A stretch of 64,000 nucleotides of DNA from Treponema sp. (GTDB lineage Bacteria > Spirochaetota > Spirochaetia > Treponematales > Treponemataceae), in the NCBI GenBank assembly GCA_045597485.1, contig JAZLKI010000035.1:5011-69010 (forward strand), written 5' to 3'. Below are positions 40,380 through 50,049 of this stretch, in pieces. Both the position numbers and the translations under genes were made by a program. Below the pieces are notes generated by a model, which saw only the letters and a program-made list of their open reading frames with translations, was not told the DNA's origin and ran no database searches. Position 1 is the stretch's first letter, and every line of letters begins with the position of its first letter.

Positions 40380-42179
40380 ATGGAAGTGATTTTGCAAATT
40401 TTTTATTCAGTTTTTTCAGGTGCTCTCCTTGCTACAGCAATTCCAAATGAAATTTATTTATTTGGCTGCCCAATTATTACCCTTGTAGCACTTGCACCAT
40501 ACTATGCAGTTCTAAAAAAAATAAAAGATTTCAAAACAGCATTTATTATTGGATTCATTCAAGGAATTACTACACATCTTATTTCCAGTTTCTGGCTTGC
40601 TTATTTTAAAGATTTTGCAATTTTCACATTAGGAGCCTCTGCCCTTGGTACAGGTATAATAAGCGGTTTTTTTGCACTTTTTATGTTTCTTCCATACGCA
40701 GAAACAAAGTCTAAAAATCTTCTTTTAAATAATTCCTTTAGTTTAGATTTTAAAGATTCTGTTTCCTTCAGAATCATTTATTTTGCATCAATGTACACAG
40801 TTTATGAATGGGCAAAATCTTCCGGCTTTTTGGGCTACCCATGGGGAACTGTTTCTTCTGCAATGTTCAAATGGCCAATTTTAATGCAACTGGCCTCTGT
40901 AACAGGAACTTATGGCATAACATTCCTAGTAGCACTTTTTAATGCACTTTTATTTGAAACTTACGAATACTATTACGACAATAACCAATATAAAAAGAAA
41001 ACTTCACATTATTTTCTTCTTAAACAGACAGGTACATTATTATATGCATTAATGATTCCTGTCTTACTTCACGGTATATACCAATATGGATTAACAAGAA
41101 AACCAGTAAAAACAATAAATACAATAATTGTTCAGCAAAATAGTGATCCATGGAAAGAAGATACAGATGCAGATTCTATAATTTTGTCGGAAAAATTAAC
41201 TCAGAAAAAAATTGAGGAACTAAAAGTTGAAGATAAAAAACCTGAACTTGCAGTCTGGAGCGAAGGTGTACTTAAATACAGCTTCCCTGGAGCAAAAAGA
41301 ACTTACACTTACTACCCAGATGAAAATCCACTCATGGAATATATAAAATCTGCAGAAACACCTTTTATTATTGGCGGATCATTTATAAGAAACAAAAAAC
41401 AGCATAAATATTTTAATGCAGCCATTCTATTTGATGAAAGTGGTAACTATCGTGGAGTATACGGAAAAAATCATCTGGTACCATTTGCAGAAGCATTGCC
41501 ATTTATGGAAATACCCGCATTCCGCAATTTTATAATGAAGGCTGTAGGCATTTCTGCAGGCTGGACTCCCGGCGACCAGTATGTTTATTTTGAGGTCCCA
41601 TGCTCTAAAACCGAAGATTATATATACCCTACTGTAAAAACTATTGACTTAAACCAGCACTATGCAGATTTTCTAAAAGATGAAGAAAAACCTGTAACTG
41701 TAAAAATTGCTACACCAATCTGTTTTGATGATGCATTTACAGATATAATGCGACCGCTGTTCAAAAATGGTGCCGAACTTTTTGTAAACATTACAGATGA
41801 TTCCTGGTCATTAAAAAAATCAAGTGAAATACAGCATTTCTGTATAGCAGCATATAAAGCAATAGAATATAGAACTACAATGGTTCGTTCTGCAAATGCT
41901 GGTTATTCAGTTGTAATAGATCCTGCAGGCAACATACTTGCAGACCTGCCATTATTTGAACAGGCTTCTTTAAGTTACAACGTTCCAATTTATAAAAGAA
42001 CAATGACAACTTATGCAAGATTCGGAAACTGGCTTCCATATCTTTTAATAATACTTTTTATTCTTTTCTGCCTTTATTCATACTTTACATTTGAGAATTC
42101 AGATTACATTCCATCGGAACGCATCTTAAAAAAGAAATCGAAAAAGCACAGTAAAAAAACTTCAAAACACAAGAAGTAA
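40380..42179 (+). CDS. lnt: Apolipoprotein N-acyltransferase
   Basis: TMs, GYPWG, VWSE, KNHLVPFAE, ICFDD, RSANAGYS. Confidence 0.95.
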   Translation: MEVILQIFYSVFSGALLATAIPNEIYLFGCPIITLVALAPYYAVLKKIKDFKTAFIIGFIQGITTHLISSFWLAYFKDFAIFTLGASALGTGIISGFFALFMFLPYAETKSKNLLLNNSFSLDFKDSVSFRIIYFASMYTVYEWAKSSGFLGYPWGTVSSAMFKWPILMQLASVTGTYGITFLVALFNALLFETYEYYYDNNQYKKKTSHYFLLKQTGTLLYALMIPVLLHGIYQYGLTRKPVKTINTIIVQQNSDPWKEDTDADSIILSEKLTQKKIEELKVEDKKPELAVWSEGVLKYSFPGAKRTYTYYPDENPLMEYIKSAETPFIIGGSFIRNKKQHKYFNAAILFDESGNYRGVYGKNHLVPFAEALPFMEIPAFRNFIMKAVGISAGWTPGDQYVYFEVPCSKTEDYIYPTVKTIDLNQHYADFLKDEEKPVTVKIATPICFDDAFTDIMRPLFKNGAELFVNITDDSWSLKKSSEIQHFCIAAYKAIEYRTTMVRSANAGYSVVIDPAGNILADLPLFEQASLSYNVPIYKRTMTTYARFGNWLPYLLIILFILFCLYSYFTFENSDYIPSERILKKKSKKHSKKTSKHKK

Positions 42180-42244
42180 AACCTTTTTTTGTCAAGAAAA
42201 ATAGTTTTCAAAATTTAAACTTTTTCTCCCAAATTCATCTTGTT

Positions 42245-42302
42245 CATCCACAGGTAGTGTTATATCATATAAATAAATTTACGCGTACACTATGTATGTG
42301 TA
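42245..42302 (+). promoter_or_regulatory. Two degenerate candidate NrdR boxes, 42 bp apart
   Basis: CATCCACAGGTAGTGT (42245) and ACACTATGTATGTGTA (42287) partially match acaCwAtATaTwGtgt upstream of nrdR-nrdD. Confidence 0.35.
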
Positions 42303-42319
42303 ATGGGTATGAGGGGAAA

Positions 42320-42793
42320 ATGCGCTGTCCAAATTGTGGAAATTTAGATGATAAAGTTCTTGAATCCAGAACAATGGTAAATGGTGAAAGTATTCGCCGA
42401 AGACGTGAATGTATTGCCTGCGGCTACAGATTTACCAGTTATGAGCGCATTGATGAAAAACCTTTTATGGTTGTAAAGCGAGATGAACGTCGCCAGCCTT
42501 TTGATAGAGTTAAACTTGAAAAAGGAATTGAACGTGCTCTTGAAAAACGTCCTTTCTCAATCGGAATGGTTGAACAAATTTCCAACGACATTGAAGATGA
42601 AGCAATTAAATTAGGCCGAGAAACAAGAGAAATTTCTACCAGCCAGCTTGGTGAATTAGTTTTGGAAAAGCTTTATTCAATTGATAAAGTTGCTTACATT
42701 CGTTTTGCCTCTGTATATCGCCATTTTGAAAATCTTGATGAATTTATTACTGAAGTTAAAAATATAGAGAAGAGAGGAAAAAAGCATGAGTGA
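42320..42793 (+). CDS. nrdR: Transcriptional repressor NrdR
   Basis: MRCPNC, RRRRECIAC, RFTSYE, ATP cone, VAYIRFASVY; ATG at 42320 after GAGGGG. Confidence 0.97.
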   Translation: MRCPNCGNLDDKVLESRTMVNGESIRRRRECIACGYRFTSYERIDEKPFMVVKRDERRQPFDRVKLEKGIERALEKRPFSIGMVEQISNDIEDEAIKLGRETREISTSQLGELVLEKLYSIDKVAYIRFASVYRHFENLDEFITEVKNIEKRGKKHE

Positions 42794-44897
42794 TCAGTCT
42801 ATCTTCCCTGAATGGAGAAGTTTTTTAGGAACCAGTCAAGACAGCGAAACACAGGGCTTTATAAAATCGGTAGTTAAACGTTCTGGAGAAATAGCTCCTT
42901 ATGACAGAACAAAAATTGAAAATGCCATAGGAAAAGCTATTGAAGCAGTTCAGAATTTTAAAGACCCAGATAAAGCAATTGCATTAACTGACCTTGTAGA
43001 AGAAAAACTTCGTCTCCAGATGGCAGGTAGCCGTGCTCACTCAATTCCCGCAATTGAAGAAATTCAAGATATTGTAGAAACAGTCCTTATTGAAAATAAA
43101 GAAGTTGAAATTGCAAAATCATATATTCTTTACCGTGCTCGCCATGAAGCAACCCGTGATACTAAAAAGCTTATGCTTGATATTAACAGCACAATGGACG
43201 GTTACCTTGCTCAAAGCGACTGGCGTGTAAATGAAAATGCCAACGTAAACTTTTCTCTTGGTGGACTTATTCTCCACAACTCAGGAACAATTACAGCCAA
43301 TTACTGGTTAAATAATATTTACTCAAAAGAAGTTGCAGAGGCTCATAAAACTGCCGCTTTCCACTTGCATGATCTTTCAATGTTTTCTGGTTATTGTGCA
43401 GGCTGGTCTTTACGTCAGCTGATTGCAGAAGGTCTTGGTGGAGTTCCAGATAAAATTACTTCAAAGCCAGCAAGTCATCTTTCTACTTTGGTGAATCAAA
43501 TTGTAAATTTCCTTGGAATTATGCAGAACGAATGGGCTGGTGCTCAAGCTTTTTCTTCCTTCGACACTTACCTTGCTCCATTTGTAAAAGTTGATAACCT
43601 TACAGAAAAACAGGTTTACCAGTGTATTCAAAGCTATGTTTACGGAGTTAATACTCCAAGTCGCTGGGGATCCCAAGCTCCATTTACAAATATTACTATG
43701 GATTTAGTTTGTCCAGAGGACCTTAAAAATAAAAAAGCCATTGTTGGTGGAAAAGAACAGAATTTTACTTACGGCGACTGTCAAAAAGAAATGGATATGA
43801 TTAATAAAATATTCATTGAAATTATGATTGAAGGTGATGCAGAAGGCCGTGGTTTTGCTTACCCTATTCCAACTTACAATATTACAAAAGATTTTGACTG
43901 GAATTCAGAAATCTCAAAACTACTTTTTACAATGACAGCACAATTTGGAACTCCAAATTTCCAGAACTTTGTTAACTCAGATTTAAATCCAAGTGACGTT
44001 CGTTCTATGTGCTGCCGTCTTCAGTTAGACAAACGTGAACTTCGCCGCCGTGGTGGTGGCCTTTTTGGTGCAGATGAATTTACAGGCTCTTTAGGAGTTG
44101 TAACAATTAATCTTCCACAAATCGGTTATCTTGCTAAAAACGAAGAACAATTTTTCAAACGCCTGGATTACCTTATGGATTTGGCAAAAGAAAGTCTTTG
44201 TACAAAACGTAAAGTTATTCAGAAATTATATGATGGTGGACTTTTCCCTTACACAAAACGTTACCTTCATACTCTTGTAAACCATTTTAATACAATTGGT
44301 CTTTGCGGTATGAACGAATGCTGCTTAAACTTCCTTGGTGTTGATATTTCTGACCCTAAAGGAAAAGCTTTTGCAGAAAAAGTTTTAGTTCATATGCGGG
44401 AGAGAATGCAGGATTATCAGGAAGAAACTGGAGATCTTTTCAATCTGGAAGCAACACCTGCAGAATCTACCTCTTATCGTCTTGCACGTCATGATAAGCA
44501 GCAGTTCCCAGATATTATTACCAGTGGTAAAGAGGAACCATTCTACACTAACTCATCTCAGTTACCTGTAGATTATACAGCCGATGTTTTCGAAGCTTTA
44601 GACCATCAGGAATCTTTGCAGACAAAATATACTGGCGGTACAATGTTCCACGTATATATGGGTGAAGCAATTAAGGATTGGAAATCTTGTGCAGAACTTG
44701 TAAAAACAATTTCTAATAAATATAGAATTCCTTTCTTTACAATTTCGCCTACATATTCAATCTGTAAAATTCACGGTTATTTAATTGGCCAGCAGTTTGA
44801 ATGTCCAAAATGTAAAGCAGAAAAAGAAAAAGCATTAAAAGAAAAATTAAAAGAGCTACAGGCAGAAAAAGAAGCTATATTAAAATCAGTTAAGTAA
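42786..44897 (+). CDS. nrdD: Class III (anaerobic) ribonucleotide reductase catalytic subunit lacking the glycyl-radical loop
   Basis: ATP cone, HLHDL, YCAGW, SMCCRL finger loop, EATPAES, CKIH...CPKC Zn site; no RxxGY before the stop. Confidence 0.93.
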   Translation: MSDQSIFPEWRSFLGTSQDSETQGFIKSVVKRSGEIAPYDRTKIENAIGKAIEAVQNFKDPDKAIALTDLVEEKLRLQMAGSRAHSIPAIEEIQDIVETVLIENKEVEIAKSYILYRARHEATRDTKKLMLDINSTMDGYLAQSDWRVNENANVNFSLGGLILHNSGTITANYWLNNIYSKEVAEAHKTAAFHLHDLSMFSGYCAGWSLRQLIAEGLGGVPDKITSKPASHLSTLVNQIVNFLGIMQNEWAGAQAFSSFDTYLAPFVKVDNLTEKQVYQCIQSYVYGVNTPSRWGSQAPFTNITMDLVCPEDLKNKKAIVGGKEQNFTYGDCQKEMDMINKIFIEIMIEGDAEGRGFAYPIPTYNITKDFDWNSEISKLLFTMTAQFGTPNFQNFVNSDLNPSDVRSMCCRLQLDKRELRRRGGGLFGADEFTGSLGVVTINLPQIGYLAKNEEQFFKRLDYLMDLAKESLCTKRKVIQKLYDGGLFPYTKRYLHTLVNHFNTIGLCGMNECCLNFLGVDISDPKGKAFAEKVLVHMRERMQDYQEETGDLFNLEATPAESTSYRLARHDKQQFPDIITSGKEEPFYTNSSQLPVDYTADVFEALDHQESLQTKYTGGTMFHVYMGEAIKDWKSCAELVKTISNKYRIPFFTISPTYSICKIHGYLIGQQFECPKCKAEKEKALKEKLKELQAEKEAILKSVK

Positions 44898-44920
44898 AAA
44901 AACGGGAGGAGATATAAAAA

Positions 44921-45433
44921 ATGAGAACATTAGAAGAAGTTGAAAAAGAGATTGCAGAAACACAGGCTGCATTAAAAGATGTACACGGAACTGAAACAGA
45001 AGTTTATGCTCGTATTGTAGGCTACTATCGTGCTGTAAACCACTGGAATAAAGGCAAACGTGACGAATATGATTTGCGTAAAATGTTTGTGTGGGATTCT
45101 ACTTCTGTAGAAGATATAAAAACATCACAGCCTGTTTTATTCGAAGAAGAAAATGTGCAGCCTGTAATGAATAGCGAAACTGTAACTTACGAAATGTATA
45201 CTCGTAAAACTTGTCCTAACTGCCCTCCTGTAAAAGATTTTATGTCTAAATTAGATATGCCAGGACGTTCTATTGACGTTGATACAGAAGAAGGTCTTGC
45301 TGAAGCAGCTAAAAAAGGAATCTTTGCTTCTCCAACAGTAATTTTCTACAACAATGCAGGAATTGAAACTGCCCGCTGCCACAACGTAGAAGAACTTGAA
45401 GCTGTATTCAATAAGGTTTCGGTAATTGCATAA
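44921..45433 (+). CDS. Stand-alone NrdD glycyl-radical domain fused to a glutaredoxin-like CxxC domain
   Basis: EVYARIVGYYRAVNHWNKGKRDEY followed by YTRKTCPNCPPVK...SPTV; own GGGAGG RBS. Confidence 0.9.
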   Translation: MRTLEEVEKEIAETQAALKDVHGTETEVYARIVGYYRAVNHWNKGKRDEYDLRKMFVWDSTSVEDIKTSQPVLFEEENVQPVMNSETVTYEMYTRKTCPNCPPVKDFMSKLDMPGRSIDVDTEEGLAEAAKKGIFASPTVIFYNNAGIETARCHNVEELEAVFNKVSVIA

Positions 45434-45434
45434 T

Positions 45435-46181
45435 ATGGCTGCATTAGCCTTAAACGAACCTGCTGGTGTCCTTGTAAAAACTACTTGCGTAGATTATCCG
45501 GGCCATGTTGCAGGTTCTTTTTTTCTAAAAGGATGTAATCTACGCTGTCCTTATTGTTATAACGCTGGTCTTATTCATAAAGATTCAAATATCCAACTTT
45601 CCACTATGGAAGAGCTTTTTTCCCATCTGGAAAAACGTCAGGGCATTCTTACAGGACTTACAATCAGCGGTGGGGAACCTTTACTTAATCCTTATACTCC
45701 AGTAATCATTAAAAAAGCAAAGGCTTTAGGCTACAAAGTAAAACTTGATACAAATGGAACTTTACCTGCCGAACTGGAGTATTTTCTTACATCGACTGAA
45801 TTAAAACCTGACTTTATAGCCATGGATATTAAAACCAGCCCTGCCCGTTACGGAACAGAAATCTCAAATCCCCAATCTAAGTTTTTTGGAAATTTCCTTT
45901 ATTTTGAAAAACTTATTAAAAAATCTGCTGATTTAATTGCAGCCCTACCAACCGCCGCAAGAGAATACCGAACAGTTTTAGTACCAGGCCTAATAACAAA
46001 AGAAGACATTAAAAATATTGCAGAAATACTTCCAAAAGATGCCAGCTGGCAATTTGCACAATTCCAGAATAAAAACTGCCTTAATCCAGCCTACAATGAT
46101 TTAACACCCTACACAGATGCAGAAATTAATGAATTAATTGATTATGCAAAAACCCTTATTCCAAACAGTGCCTTACGATAA
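45435..46181 (+). CDS. nrdG: Anaerobic RNR activating enzyme (radical SAM)
   Basis: GCNLRCPYCYN, SGGEP, KLDTNG, AMDIK, EYRTV. Confidence 0.93.
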   Translation: MAALALNEPAGVLVKTTCVDYPGHVAGSFFLKGCNLRCPYCYNAGLIHKDSNIQLSTMEELFSHLEKRQGILTGLTISGGEPLLNPYTPVIIKKAKALGYKVKLDTNGTLPAELEYFLTSTELKPDFIAMDIKTSPARYGTEISNPQSKFFGNFLYFEKLIKKSADLIAALPTAAREYRTVLVPGLITKEDIKNIAEILPKDASWQFAQFQNKNCLNPAYNDLTPYTDAEINELIDYAKTLIPNSALR

Positions 46182-46220
46182 AACAGCTTTAACAAATTAA
46201 AACTAGGCTTAAAATAAATC

Positions 46221-47207
46221 CTACATCACTCTTGCAAATTCTTTCACCACTTGTGGAATTAATGTTTCTACTCTTCCTACACAGCTCATTCCACTGGCAT
46301 TTTTGTGACCGCCACCGCCAAATTTTGCAGCAACTGCAGAAACGTCAATTTTATCTTGGGAACGGAAGCCCCCTGTACAAGTTGTTGGTGTGTCCTGACG
46401 TAAGAAAACTACAGCTTCAACACCTTTTGCAGAAAGCAGCAACTGATACAAAGAATCTGAATCTCTTCCATCTAGTCCCCATTTTTTTGTATCTTCAAGT
46501 GATTCATAGGTAATTACAAGGCGTCCATCAAGGTAAGTTTCGGCCTTTCCAAGTAAAACACCAAGTAATTTTCGTGTAGAATATGGTTTTCCAGAATTAA
46601 TGTCGTTATAAGTTTCACGAGGATCTGCACCATAAGAAACAAGACGTGAAGCAGCCATAAAAATTGGTGCAGAAGTTCCTGTTAAAAAGCGGAAAAAGCC
46701 TGTATCTGTACACAATCCAAAGAACAAGATTTTAGCAATATCCGCAGGAATTGAACCAAAAAGTTGTTCATAAAAAAGCTGTACTAAAAATGCACAGGCT
46801 GGAGATTCTGAATTAATATAACCCGTAGCACCTTCAGGTAAATTCCCAGTTTTGTGATGATCAATTACAAATGTATCAAGATGGGTCAAATCACCATCAA
46901 TTTCGCCAAGACGAAATAATTCACAGCAATCTAGAATAATAAGTCCTGTATGAGCTCTTTCTTCTGCATCCTGAAAATCCATTGTATCAGAAAATCTGTC
47001 TGCCCAGCGAATAACTTCATTTCTTTTAAAAGGTCCAGCCGAAAGTAACTGGTAAGGTTTATTATAGTTATCAAGAATAGATGCAATACCTAAACAAGAA
47101 GATACACAATCTCCATCCGGTTCTTTATGACCAATAATAAAAAAGAATGAATGATCATCTATAAATTTTTTAAAACTTTCTGTGTCTTCTTTTGTAACTT
47201 CTAACAT
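46221..47207 (-). CDS. DHH/DHHA1 phosphoesterase (NrnA-like, possibly c-di-AMP/pApA)
   Basis: GHKEPDGD, IDHH, TDTGFF, GGGGHKNASG. Confidence 0.92.
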   Translation of the reverse strand: MLEVTKEDTESFKKFIDDHSFFFIIGHKEPDGDCVSSCLGIASILDNYNKPYQLLSAGPFKRNEVIRWADRFSDTMDFQDAEERAHTGLIILDCCELFRLGEIDGDLTHLDTFVIDHHKTGNLPEGATGYINSESPACAFLVQLFYEQLFGSIPADIAKILFFGLCTDTGFFRFLTGTSAPIFMAASRLVSYGADPRETYNDINSGKPYSTRKLLGVLLGKAETYLDGRLVITYESLEDTKKWGLDGRDSDSLYQLLLSAKGVEAVVFLRQDTPTTCTGGFRSQDKIDVSAVAAKFGGGGHKNASGMSCVGRVETLIPQVVKEFARVM

Positions 47208-47222
47208 AAAAATCCTTTAAAT

Positions 47223-47251
47223 AAAAAAAAGAGGGTTTTTAAAACCCTCTT
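47223..47251 (-). terminator. Intrinsic terminator
   Basis: AAGAGGGTTTT/AAAACCCTCTT stem with a T run on the minus strand. Confidence 0.65.
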
Positions 47252-47278
47252 CATAATACAGAATTTTTAATTATAATT

Positions 47279-47722
47279 CTATAATGTAATATCACTTAAA
47301 TCTTCTTTATCAACATCAAGTTCTTTTCCTGAACCAACAACCCCCCAAAGGCCGCTGTTTTTATTCATAGGAATAGAAAGAATTACGCGTTTGAATTCAC
47401 CTTCTTTCTGAACAATTGTCATGTAAGCAGAATTATTCTTTTTTACATTTCTGAATTTAAGTTTTCTTGGATTATCAGGTGTACCTTTTGCCCAAGACTT
47501 TGGAACTACTGTACTTCCAGTTCCTACTTTATTCTTCTGATAAATAACTACATAACCTTCTTTACCTTCAAGAATCTTTACTACAGGAACATTTACATAA
47601 GATAATGTTGTCCATTTTGATTCATCTTTTTCAAAATTTGATTGAGGTTTTGTATTATCTGCAGCAAAAACCTTCAGTGTGAAAACTGAAAATAAAGCCA
47701 ATATCAACAATATTTTTTTCAT
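47279..47722 (-). CDS. Exported hypothetical protein
   Basis: MKKILLILALFSVFTLKVFA signal peptide; GGAG RBS. Confidence 0.8.
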   Translation of the reverse strand: MKKILLILALFSVFTLKVFAADNTKPQSNFEKDESKWTTLSYVNVPVVKILEGKEGYVVIYQKNKVGTGSTVVPKSWAKGTPDNPRKLKFRNVKKNNSAYMTIVQKEGEFKRVILSIPMNKNSGLWGVVGSGKELDVDKEDLSDITL

Positions 47723-47933
47723 AAAAAACTCCGTCTATAAATAAATTGAGAATTATTATTAAATTATAAACTGTTTATATATTTTTAACAACAATTTTAT
47801 TTTCAATAAATATAACTCTAGAATTGCATTAAATTAATTAATAGTGTTAATTAATTTAACAATTTATTAACCAAGCATAACAATAAGATTTTTTTTCTGT
47901 TTAAGAAGTCTATTCACTTAAAAATTTTATTTA

Positions 47934-47971
47934 TAAAAAAAAAGACTTTCTGTAAAACCAGAAAGTCTTTT
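47934..47971 (-). terminator. Terminator of tRNA-Met
   Basis: AAAGACTTTCTG/CAGAAAGTCTTT stem plus a T run. Confidence 0.8.
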
Positions 47972-47976
47972 ATTAG

Positions 47977-48049
47977 TAGCGACCAATGGGATTGAACCAT
48001 TGACAACACGGATATGAGCCGTGTGCTCTACCAACTGAGCTAGGTCGCC
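47977..48049 (-). tRNA. tRNA-Met(CAT), elongator type
   Basis: GGCGACCTAGCTCAGTTGGTAGAGCACACGGCT-CAT-ATCCGTG...GGTTCAATCCC...GGTCGCTA; TTGACA-N17-TATATT promoter at 48091-48063. Confidence 0.93.
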
Positions 48050-48150
48050 ATAAGTGAGTATTAATATATTAAAAATTATTAAACGTGTCAATACAAGAAT
48101 ATTTAATTTTAATATTTTTTTTACCACATAATTTTAATTTTTTTCTAGGT

Positions 48151-48166
48151 TGGCACAGAAATTGCA
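48151..48166 (+). promoter_or_regulatory. sigma54 (RpoN) -24/-12 promoter
   Basis: TGGCAC-AGAAA-TTGCA, exact consensus, 56 bp upstream of the ATG at 48223. Confidence 0.8.
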
Positions 48167-48222
48167 CTATATATAGTAGGAGGCAGTTTTCTAACATTTA
48201 TGATAAAAGGAGAAATTAAAAA

Positions 48223-49158
48223 ATGGAACAGCATGACATAAACAACATGCCTGAAAAAATGATTAACGGAGAACTATCTTGCGATGATACTGTCAAGATG
48301 ATTGGAAGCTTTATTGCAAAAAACTACAGGATCTTTAATCTTCAAAAATATGATGAAGATTTTAGAAGTGAAATTATTATTACATTTCTGGAAAATGGAA
48401 ATAAATTCCTGACAACCTATAATCCAGATCTTGGAGATTTCTTTTCATTTCTCTACTGCTTTGTGAATAGTATTGCAAATACAAAAATGCGTTCACTAAT
48501 CCAAAAGAAGATGAAAGATTCACTAACAATTGCAGAAGGCATAAACACAATTGAAGAAATAGAATATAACTATTCTAAAATAAATCATCATATTCAGGAA
48601 ATTCCCAAAGTTCCTTATTCCTATAAAACACCAAATATTGAAGAATTAAAAAAGATATTTGAAAAGTTACGTGACGACAATACAGACAAAAGAATTCTGG
48701 TACTTGCTATAAAATCATCTTTCTATCTTTCTGACTCTCAAATAAAAAAAATATGCAAACTTTATAATCTTAAAGAAGAAGATTTATATACCGTTATTCA
48801 GTACTTCAAAAATTCTCTTCTTTATAAAAATGAAAAAAGAATTAAGGCAGAAGAACGAAGAAATTTTGCTTACTATCATCACAAAAGATATAAATTCCAG
48901 CTTGAAAAAATGAATGAAAATGGTGAAACAAATGTGTGCAATTACACAACCAGTAAAATTATAACTAAAGAAAAAAAACATAAGAATAACTGGAACAAAA
49001 TGAATAAAAAACTGGAAGACGGTTTTCTATATCTACGACCTACTTCAAAATCGGTAGCAGAGGTTTTAGGCATTTGTGAAAGACAGGTAACCTACTATAT
49101 AAATTGTGCAAAAAAGGAAGTATTAGAAAAAGAAAGTAAAAAAGATAAAGTAAATTAA
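48223..49158 (+). CDS. Divergent sigma70-like protein (region 2-like segment and C-terminal HTH)
   Basis: KFLTTYNPDLGDFFSFLYCFV resembles sigma region 2.2-2.3; PTSKSVAEVLGICERQVTYYINCAKK resembles the region 4.2 HTH; AAGGAG RBS. Confidence 0.6.
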   Translation: MEQHDINNMPEKMINGELSCDDTVKMIGSFIAKNYRIFNLQKYDEDFRSEIIITFLENGNKFLTTYNPDLGDFFSFLYCFVNSIANTKMRSLIQKKMKDSLTIAEGINTIEEIEYNYSKINHHIQEIPKVPYSYKTPNIEELKKIFEKLRDDNTDKRILVLAIKSSFYLSDSQIKKICKLYNLKEEDLYTVIQYFKNSLLYKNEKRIKAEERRNFAYYHHKRYKFQLEKMNENGETNVCNYTTSKIITKEKKHKNNWNKMNKKLEDGFLYLRPTSKSVAEVLGICERQVTYYINCAKKEVLEKESKKDKVN

Positions 49159-49193
49159 TTGTTTTAGTTTTTTGTTTTCATTATAGTTTAATC

Positions 49194-49847
49194 ATGAAGA
49201 TTTATTTAGCAACCGGAAACAAAAATAAGAAAAGAGAGATGTGTGAACTTTTACCAGAACACACAATTTTAATTCCTTCAGATGAAGGTATAGATTTTGA
49301 CCCTGATGAAACAGGTACTACATTCTACGAAAACAGTCTCATTAAAGCCCGTACTCTTTATGAATTAGTACACTGCCCTGTTATTGCAGATGATTCAGGT
49401 ATTTGTGTCGATGCTTTGGGTGGAGCACCTGGCATTTTTTCTTCACGATACGCAGGCCCTTCTTTTATGCAGGGTAAACCAGACGGTACAAAAATTTCAC
49501 AGGAAGAACAGAATATATTCCTTATTCAGCAGCTCAACGATGCAATTGCAAAAGGAATTCTTCCAAAAGGTGAATATCTCCACGGAGAACGTTCCTGCCA
49601 TTACACTTGTGCAATGGTAATGTACTGTGGTACAGACAGACTTTATGTAGCACAGGAAACTTTCGAAGGAACCCTTATTAATGATATTAAAGACCAGGCT
49701 GGCGAAGGCGGATTTGGATACGACCCTATAGTCTTTTTACCAGAATACGGAAAAACTGTTGCACAAATTACAGCAGATGAAAAGAATGCCATATCCCATA
49801 GAGGCAAGGCTGTACGTGCATTACAAAAAATAATTAATAATTTTTAA
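49194..49847 (+). CDS. rdgB: Non-canonical purine NTP pyrophosphatase
   Basis: ATGNKNK, ENSLIKA, ADDSG, GFGYDP, KNAISHRGKA. Confidence 0.95.
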   Translation: MKIYLATGNKNKKREMCELLPEHTILIPSDEGIDFDPDETGTTFYENSLIKARTLYELVHCPVIADDSGICVDALGGAPGIFSSRYAGPSFMQGKPDGTKISQEEQNIFLIQQLNDAIAKGILPKGEYLHGERSCHYTCAMVMYCGTDRLYVAQETFEGTLINDIKDQAGEGGFGYDPIVFLPEYGKTVAQITADEKNAISHRGKAVRALQKIINNF

Positions 49848-49866
49848 TAAAAATCATATTTTCCTC

Positions 49867-49894
49867 TAAAGTTTTAGATTAAGATTGCCGACAT
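49867..49894 (+). promoter_or_regulatory. sigma28 (FliA) promoter of the first flagellin
   Basis: TAAA-N16-GCCGACAT about 160 bp upstream of flaB. Confidence 0.75.
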
Positions 49895-50009
49895 TAAAAG
49901 TAGAAATGTTATGACTGTCTCAACTTCGTAGAAGCAGCTGTCAGGCAATTCTTGCAAAAATGTGTAGATGTAGCCTTGTAAACAACATTTACGCATTTTT
50001 GCGTTTTTT

Positions 50010-50049
50010 CAGAAGAAAGGATTCTTCTGTTTACATTCCAAGGAGGAAT
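50010..50049 (+). promoter_or_regulatory. Two GGA-loop hairpins (candidate CsrA sites), the second overlapping the RBS
   Basis: CAGAAGAA-AGGA-TTCTTCTG and ATTCC-AAGGA-GGAAT. Confidence 0.65.

Noticed and set aside
44880-44925. Frameshift or stop read-through joining nrdD to the glycyl-radical ORF
   Set aside because: The ORFs are in different frames and 23 bp apart, the second has a strong RBS and ATG, and both ends carry extra helices not expected from a simple break
47829-47859. 13-bp perfect inverted repeat TTAAATTAATTAA-N5-TTAATTAATTTAA
   Set aside because: The arms are A/T only, in a very AT-rich gap; I cannot distinguish it from chance
47927-48127. 66-aa ORF
   Set aside because: It overlaps tRNA-Met, its promoter and its terminator
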